A stretch of DNA of 64,000 bases, taken from an uncultured Chloroflexia bacterium. Its GTDB lineage: Bacteria > Chloroflexota > Anaerolineae > CG2-30-64-16. Positions 58,354-64,000 of this stretch are shown here, in pieces. The position numbers and the translations under genes are program-made. The DNA lies in the NCBI GenBank assembly GCA_963774265.1, contig CAVZDU010000008.1, positions 160,001 to 224,000 of the forward strand. Direction: 5' to 3'. The notes beneath the pieces were generated by a model. The model was not told the origin of the DNA. It worked only from the letters and a program-made list of their open reading frames with translations, and did not search any database. Each line of letters starts with the position of its first letter. Position 1 is the first letter of the stretch.

Positions 58354-60082
58354 CTAGCCCCGCGTATGTGCGGCCCGGCGATCGACAGTCCCGTCCTCCG
58401 GCCCAAAGGTGGCGGTGGGGCTCCACCAGAGCGGCACCTGGATGCTGTCCTGCGTCAGCGGCCCCTTGCCCTGGGCAACCTGTCGGGCCATCGGGTAGCC
58501 GGCCTGGGCGTGGCGGATGACGCCGATGCCGGAGTCGGTGGTCAGGGAGGCCTCCAGGCGCAGGTCGGCCTCCTCGCTGCCGTCCGCGATCATGGTGACG
58601 CCGGTGTGCACCGCCTCGCCCATCGAGTAGTTCGCCTGGATCGCGATCAGGTCGCCCATCGCCGCAGTGTTCAGCAGCGCGTTCAGGTACGGCCAGTCGG
58701 AGATCAGGTCGCCGCCGTCGAGCATCTTCTCGGACTCGAAGGTCGGGTTGACGATGGAGCCGGAGTCCAGGTTGTCGCGGGAGAAGCCGACGGGACCCTT
58801 GACCTCGCCCTCGCGGATCAGCCGGTTGACCGCCAGGCCGAACGCCTTGCGCTCGCCGAAGCCCAGGTAGCAGACCCGCGCGGGCAGCCCCTCGATGGGC
58901 AGCGCCTTGCGCGCCAGCTTGATCCACTTCACGGTCGTCGCGTCGTGCGGGAACATCTCCAGGACGAGGTCGTCCAGCCGGGCCAGGTCGCTCGCCTCGC
59001 CCGAGAGGCAGGTCCAGCGGAATGGGCCGCGGCCCATGAGGAACAAGGGCGGATGTACGCGGCGACGAAGCCGGGGATCCTCATCGCCTCTTCTTCCGGC
59101 ATGCCCGCGTCGCGACATTCCTTGCGGATGCTGGTGCCGTACTCGAACACCTGCACCCCGGCCGCGCTGAAGCCGATCATCGCGGTGAGCTGCCGCTTCA
59201 TCGAGTCCGCGCTTCCTCCAGGTACGCCACGCGGTCGCGCGGCGCGCAGCCTCCGCGACTGCCACGGTGTGGCCGGCCGCGATGTAGGAGATCGGGTCGT
59301 GGCACGGGCACATCTCGGTGACGATGTCCGGCCTCCAGCCCAGCTCCAGCGCGCGCGGGAACAGCTCGGCCGCGTTGCCGTGCAGACCGATGCCGAGGCT
59401 GCGGCCCTCGGCCTTGGCCTTCTCCGCCAGCGCGATGCCCTCGTCCAGCGAGCCCACCTGCACGTCCAGGAACTTCTTGCTGAATGCGGATGGGGATGAT
59501 GTCCGGGTTGGCATCCACCACCAGGCAGACGCCGCCGTGCATCGTCATGGCGCGCGGCTGGTTCGCGCCCATGCCGCCCAGGCCGGCGGTGAAGAGGATG
59601 CGACCGACCAGCGAGCCGCCGAAGTGCTGCTCGCCGATCGCGCCCAGCGTCTCGAAGGTGCCCTGGATCACGCCCTGCGTGCCGATGTACTCCCACGGGC
59701 CGGCGGTGTACTGCGCGAACATCGTGAGGTTCTTGTCCTGCAGATCGTAGAAGATGGGCCAGGTCGCCTTCATGATGTTGGTGTTGGCCATCACCACGCG
59801 CGGCGCCAGCCGGTGCGTCTTGAAGATCGCGACCGGCATGCCCGACTGGATGGCCAGCGTCTCGTCGTTCTCCAGGTTCAGCAGCGCATCGACGATGGCG
59901 TGGTACGATTCCCAGTTGCGCGCGCACTTGCCGATGCCGCCGTAGATGACGAGCCGCTCCGGCCGCTCGGCGTTCTCCATGTTGTTTTCGAGCATGCGCA
60001 GCAGCGATTCCTGCTTCCAGCCCTTGCAGCGCAGCGTCGGGCCGCGCTGGGCCTTGACCGAGTAGAGGATTTCGTTCTTCAC
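58354..60082 (-). CDS. hutU: Urocanate hydratase-like protein (divergent); four frameshifts at about 59478, 59245, 59208, 59048
   Basis: LRMLENN, LVIYGGIG, QSG.PV, YIGTQG..QGT.ET, GLGGMG, GNAAE, GRGPFRW, GLPARVC, RD.LDSGS and DWP.LNALLN spread over three frames; AAGGAG + GTG 60082. Confidence 0.85.
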
Positions 60083-61011
60083 TTGTGGTGCTCCTTCAAA
60101 TGCCGCAAGAATCCTGGTCGCATCAAGCGGGCGAGCTCGATGATCTGTTCGGTCGAAAAGTCGTGCACCTGCAGGTAGTACCGGGCGACCTCTTCCAGCA
60201 CGCCCAGCGGCACGGGGCCGACCAGCTCGGCGCCCGCGATCGTCACGCCATACCGCGCCGCCTCGGGTCGGATGGTCTCCAGCACGCGCGGGATCGGGGT
60301 CTTGGTATAGTTGATCAGGTTCATCGACACCTGCACCAGGCCCTTGTCCTCCAGCGCCAGCCCCATCGCGCGGACGTAGCGGAAGCCGCCGCTGACGTGA
60401 CGCACGGCCTTGGCGATGTGGTCGGCGATGCTGACATCTGTCGTCCGCAGGTTGACGTTGAAGGCGACCAGCGGGAAGCGAGCGCCGGTCACAGTGCGCC
60501 GGATTTGGCGTTGAAGACCGCCGGACCCTCGTCGGGCGCCCACTCCGGCCGCGCCAGCTTAGCCGGGAGCGCCTCGTATTCGCCCTTGCGGATGTCGGGC
60601 AAGCTCTTTCGCTCGGGGCGGGTCGCGGCGTCCTCGTAGTAGTAGACCGGCACATCCAGTTCGCCAACAAAACGTCCGAAACGCCGGCCAATCTCGACAG
60701 CCTCCGCGGTCTCCACGCCGCGCACAGGGATGAAAGCGGCGACGTCGACCGCACCCTGGCGTGGGTGGCTGCCATGATGTTGGGCCATGTCAATCAGCTC
60801 GAAGGCTTTCACGGCCAGCCGCTTCGTCGCTTCGAGCACGTCCTCCGGTTCGCCCAGGTACGTAAAGACTGAACGGTTGTGATCGGGGTCGCTGGAATAG
60901 TCGATGAGCCGTACGCCCGGGATCGGCGCGAACCTCAGCGGCCACTTGCTCGACGACCGCCAGATCTCGACCCTCGCTGATGTTCGGCTCGCACAGGATG
61001 ATCTTACGCAT
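60079..61011 (-). CDS. ftcD: Glutamate formiminotransferase; frameshifts near 60925 and 60496
   Basis: CEPNISEGRD, DPDHNRSV, HPRQGAVD, VTGAR.PLVAFNVNL, VQVSMNL and ELVG motifs; stop overlaps the hutU start (GTGA). Confidence 0.88.
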
Positions 61012-61023
61012 GGTCAATTCCTT

Positions 61024-61617
61024 TCACGGGCGGCGCGATGCGGGTCCGAGCGACGCAGCACGCGTGCGGATGTCTCCGGCAACGACTTCGTCCTTGATGC
61101 CCGGCAGATTGATGTCGACGTTGGCAAGGCAGCCCAGCAGGCCCGCACGGGCAAGATAACCGGCGCTCTGGAGATCTGAGAGTGCGCGCGGGTTCGAGCG
61201 ACCCTCCAACTGCGCAACCAGGGTCACTACCGCAGCGCAGCGCTCCGCATTATACAGGGGTACGCGGGTGGCATAGACGGTGGCCTCCTGGACTGCAACG
61301 CGCCGGGCATCTTTCTCTACGTCCGTGGCCTTTGGCAGGCGGAATGCGGCCATGACTGCGTCAAAGGATCGAGCATCCTCCTCAGCGCCGGCCAAGAGCG
61401 CCTCGCGCAACTCACCAGCAGCTTGGGCGATCCCCTGGTAGAAGGTTTCCGGCTCCGCTGCGTTGGGGCCAACAGAAAGCCGCGCGACCATAGCAACCAG
61501 GGCTGCCGCCATCGCACCCGCGACAGCAGACGCCGTGCCGCCGCCGGTCGAGTTGTCGAGGGGATCAAGCACCCGGTGAAAAGCCGCCATTTGCTCATCG
61601 GTGATAACGTTGGTCAA
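61024..61617 (-). CDS. fchA: Formiminotetrahydrofolate cyclodeaminase / methenyl-THF cyclohydrolase family
   Basis: GGGTASA..GAMAAALVAMVA, D...F..VM.A.RLPK, VP, SNP...SD and NVDINL motifs; AGGAGG + TTG 61617. Confidence 0.85.
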   Translation of the reverse strand: MTNVITDEQMAAFHRVLDPLDNSTGGGTASAVAGAMAAALVAMVARLSVGPNAAEPETFYQGIAQAAGELREALLAGAEEDARSFDAVMAAFRLPKATDVEKDARRVAVQEATVYATRVPLYNAERCAAVVTLVAQLEGRSNPRALSDLQSAGYLARAGLLGCLANVDINLPGIKDEVVAGDIRTRAASLGPASRRP

Positions 61618-61636
61618 GTGAGTCCTCCTGGAATGA

Positions 61637-62362
61637 TCATTCTTGAGGGGAATCAGTCGCGTCGACGCAAACGGCCAGCGCATACTGTTGACGGTAGAGG
61701 CCGCGATACCAGACCGCGGGCCGATGGGGTGCAGTGTAGGTCAAACGGGAGATCACAATCGCAGGGGTGTTTGGTGCGACCTGGAGCAGCGCGGCATCCT
61801 CCTCATCCAGCATCTGCGCCTCGATCTCCACGACCGCGCGCAGGAGGGGCAGCTCCGAGCGGGTGACCAGGATATCGTGGATGGAAGACTGAGTCAAATC
61901 CTCGTCGAGGAGCTCCGGGCAGAGCGATCGCGGCAAGTAGCGCTCGGAATATCCCTCTACAGCATCGCCCGCCAATCGGAGCCGTGCAATGTGTATGAGG
62001 GGTTCGCCCAACGGCAACGCAAGTCGCTCGGCGATAGTCATCGAGGCAGGGATGGTTTCCTTGGTGATCACACGAAAAGTGACAGGAAGGCCGCCGTTTG
62101 AATCGGTGAAACGAAACGGCAGCGCATGCGGGTGCCCCGCGCTGACGAACGAGCCGCTCCCCTGCACCGTGTAGATCAAGCCTTCTGCGCCCAGTTGCTC
62201 GATGGCACGTCGCACAGTTCCCCGCGCCAGGCCGTAGGTCTGCATCAGGTCATCTTCAGTGGGAAGCCGCGTGTTTGGCGGCAACTCGCCCGCCAGAATG
62301 CGCGTGCGCAGAAGCTGAAGCAGTTGACGATATTTGGGAAGAGCACCAGACGTCAGTTTCAT
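61637..62362 (-). CDS. GntR/HutC-subfamily regulator with UTRA domain
   Basis: PKYRQL, LPTEDDL, ARGTVRRA and QGSGSFV motifs; UTRA C-terminus; first gene of the hut-like operon. Confidence 0.9.
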   Translation of the reverse strand: MKLTSGALPKYRQLLQLLRTRILAGELPPNTRLPTEDDLMQTYGLARGTVRRAIEQLGAEGLIYTVQGSGSFVSAGHPHALPFRFTDSNGGLPVTFRVITKETIPASMTIAERLALPLGEPLIHIARLRLAGDAVEGYSERYLPRSLCPELLDEDLTQSSIHDILVTRSELPLLRAVVEIEAQMLDEEDAALLQVAPNTPAIVISRLTYTAPHRPAVWYRGLYRQQYALAVCVDATDSPQE

Positions 62363-62385
62363 GCACAGATCCGAAACATATAGTC

Positions 62386-62424
62386 ATCTATATAAATCAT
62401 ATCAAAAGAAGGAAGAAATGTCAA
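62386..62424 (-). promoter_or_regulatory. Sigma70 promoter of the hut-like operon with overlapping candidate operator
   Basis: Minus strand TTGACA (62424-19), 17-bp spacer, TATGAT (62401-396); imperfect palindrome ATCTATATAAAT (62386-97). Confidence 0.7.
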
Positions 62425-62561
62425 GAGGATTGCCTGAGTGATCTCTGGCCCAGGCTGCCATCATGAGAGCCACTTGACCATCGTGCAAGCAATCTGCTAA
62501 TATCACACATGCCAGTTCGTGCTTACGTCGGGAGAAGGAGATCCGGCAGAAGGGGATTTGG

Positions 62562-63347
62562 ATGCGCAAGCTTCTTCTGAATGGTGTGGTGTTCTTGACT
62601 CTGCTGGCCGCGTGCGGGGGGCAGCCCGCGGCTACCCCTACAGCGACGACCACGCCTGCTGCAGAGACGCTACTCGCCGCGGCGACCACGCCGGCCGCCA
62701 CCGCCACAGCGCGGTCGCCGTTTGCGGCCCCGACGACAGAGACCGACAATATACCAACAGCTACTGGCGAACCGGTCGCCCGATCCACTCTTCCCGCGCC
62801 GGCAACAATCGTGGCAAATGCGGTGGCAATGCCGACTCCTGCGGCCGACCTGCCCATGCCAAGCACGGCGTGTATCCCCGGCGTGCTTACCCCGGCCCAG
62901 ACCGAAGGGCCATATTATTCCGAGAATCCTCCGGAGGATGCGACGCTGTACGAGGAGGGCATGGCGGGTACGCCGATCACGCTCACCGGATACGTGTTCG
63001 ACCAGAACTGCAAGCAGTTGCCCGGCGCGCGCGTGGACTTTTGGCAGGCGGACGCGGCCGGACAATACGATAACCAGGGCTATACGCTGCGCGGCTATCA
63101 ACTCACGGACGGCGAAGGCCGCTATGCGGTGACCACTGTGATTCCGGGCATCTACCCCGGCCGCGCGCGACATATCCACGTGAAGGTCACCGCAGCCAGG
63201 GGACAGACGCTCACGTCACAACTGTACTTCCCCAATGAACCAGGGAATGCCAGCGACCGGATTTTCGATCCGGCAACCCTTGTGAAGATCGAGACAACGG
63301 CGACGGGTCAGGTTGGGTTCTTCAACTTTGTGATCGACGCCCAATAA
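62562..63347 (+). CDS. Intradiol ring-cleavage dioxygenase-family lipoprotein
   Basis: LAAC lipobox, P/T/A linker, then EGPYY, WQADAAGQY, LRG, PG.YPGR.RHIH and TSQLYF motifs. Confidence 0.85.
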   Translation: MRKLLLNGVVFLTLLAACGGQPAATPTATTTPAAETLLAAATTPAATATARSPFAAPTTETDNIPTATGEPVARSTLPAPATIVANAVAMPTPAADLPMPSTACIPGVLTPAQTEGPYYSENPPEDATLYEEGMAGTPITLTGYVFDQNCKQLPGARVDFWQADAAGQYDNQGYTLRGYQLTDGEGRYAVTTVIPGIYPGRARHIHVKVTAARGQTLTSQLYFPNEPGNASDRIFDPATLVKIETTATGQVGFFNFVIDAQ

Positions 63348-63489
63348 CTCACTCGCGCCACAGAATCCATTTGTCAGCGTATGGTGCAACTACGACATAC
63401 GGCCATCTTCGCTTATAATCAAGCGCAACGTTAGCCATAACGTGCGAGCACAAGCTTGCACCACCATCACCCCATTACGAGGGCCGAGC

Positions 63490-63957
63490 ATGAGCGACGA
63501 ACCTACCTTCGACATCCAGGCCGCACACCGCTACTTCTCCACGGACTGCTTCAATCGAGCCTGGGATCTTATCGAGAAAGAAGACCGCACCGCTGAAGAA
63601 GAGGACGAGATGCTGAACCTCAGCGTCGCCTCCCTCTGGCACTGGACACAGCGCCCCGACTGTACCTCCAAGGAGCGCTCCCTTGGTTACTGGCAAGTCT
63701 CGCGCATCTATGCAATCACTGGTCGGCCCAAGAACGCCACCTGGTACGCGGAGCGCTGCCTGGAAATATCCGAGGATGCCGAACTACCGCCATTCTACCT
63801 CGGCTACGCGTACGAAGCACTGGCACGCGCCGCCATGGCCGACAAAGAGCGTCGGGCCGCGATGGAATATGTCGTCAAGGCACGCGAGCTCGCCCGACAG
63901 GAGGAAAACGAAGAAGACCGTCAGTTGCTGCTGGATGACCTGGCAACGATCGCGTAA
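63490..63957 (+). CDS. Conserved hypothetical helical (TPR-like) protein
   Basis: AHRYFS..CFN.AW.L, W..SR.Y and YAYEALARA motifs; plausible ATG at 63490. Confidence 0.7.
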   Translation: MSDEPTFDIQAAHRYFSTDCFNRAWDLIEKEDRTAEEEDEMLNLSVASLWHWTQRPDCTSKERSLGYWQVSRIYAITGRPKNATWYAERCLEISEDAELPPFYLGYAYEALARAAMADKERRAAMEYVVKARELARQEENEEDRQLLLDDLATIA

Positions 63958-64000
63958 CGACGCCGCCAGGATATTTGGGCATTCACACATACTCAGCGAG

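Noticed and set aside
59040-59490. Programmed ribosomal frameshifting in the urocanase gene
   Set aside because: Four shifts in ~450 bp without slippery heptamers; error or decay is far more parsimonious.

Overview
GC-rich bacterial window, most consistent with Chloroflexota (Anaerolineae/Caldilineae-like). This is inferred from gene content: a T-box valS, a Firmicutes-like mtaB-yqeY-pgpH-ybeY-dgkA block and many GT-C proteins with repeated C-terminal domains. Contents from left to right: (1) A ~22 kb surface-glycosylation island with a GT2, a flippase-like protein, six large GT-C membrane glycosyltransferases carrying ~16 copies of one uncharacterised extracellular domain, a methyltransferase and an epimerase. 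It is interrupted by a decayed IS256-family element (26-bp imperfect TIRs at 7929 and 9106) that abuts a truncated GT-C remnant. (2) Housekeeping genes: mtaB, yqeY, pgpH-like, ybeY, dgkA, URO-D-like, NUDIX, S8 protease-DUF58-MoxR, a two-component pair, pncC, GH128-like, HAD, pcrA, maf, yitJ, and T-box + valS. (3) A candidate CRP/FNR-type regulon: ATGAC-N4-(G/A)TCAT boxes at about -41.5 upstream of a ~150-nt candidate sRNA/leader and of a split CbcL-like quinol-oxidising module. The module is a 9-heme cytochrome plus a cytochrome b whose 8-heme tail was expanded by 219-bp tandem duplication. (4) Zn-dehydrogenase / URO-D-like / rhamnose mutarotase genes. (5) A hut-like operon (GntR, cyclodeaminase, formiminotransferase, urocanase, imidazolonepropionase, ammonia-lyase). 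All three ring-processing enzymes carry non-canonical active-site motifs, making this my best candidate for an undescribed pathway: THF-linked catabolism of a modified (e.g. N-methylated) histidine. Several single-base frameshifts, concentrated in the hut-like operon, look like sequencing or assembly errors. All family assignments are by eye from motifs; no searches were run.
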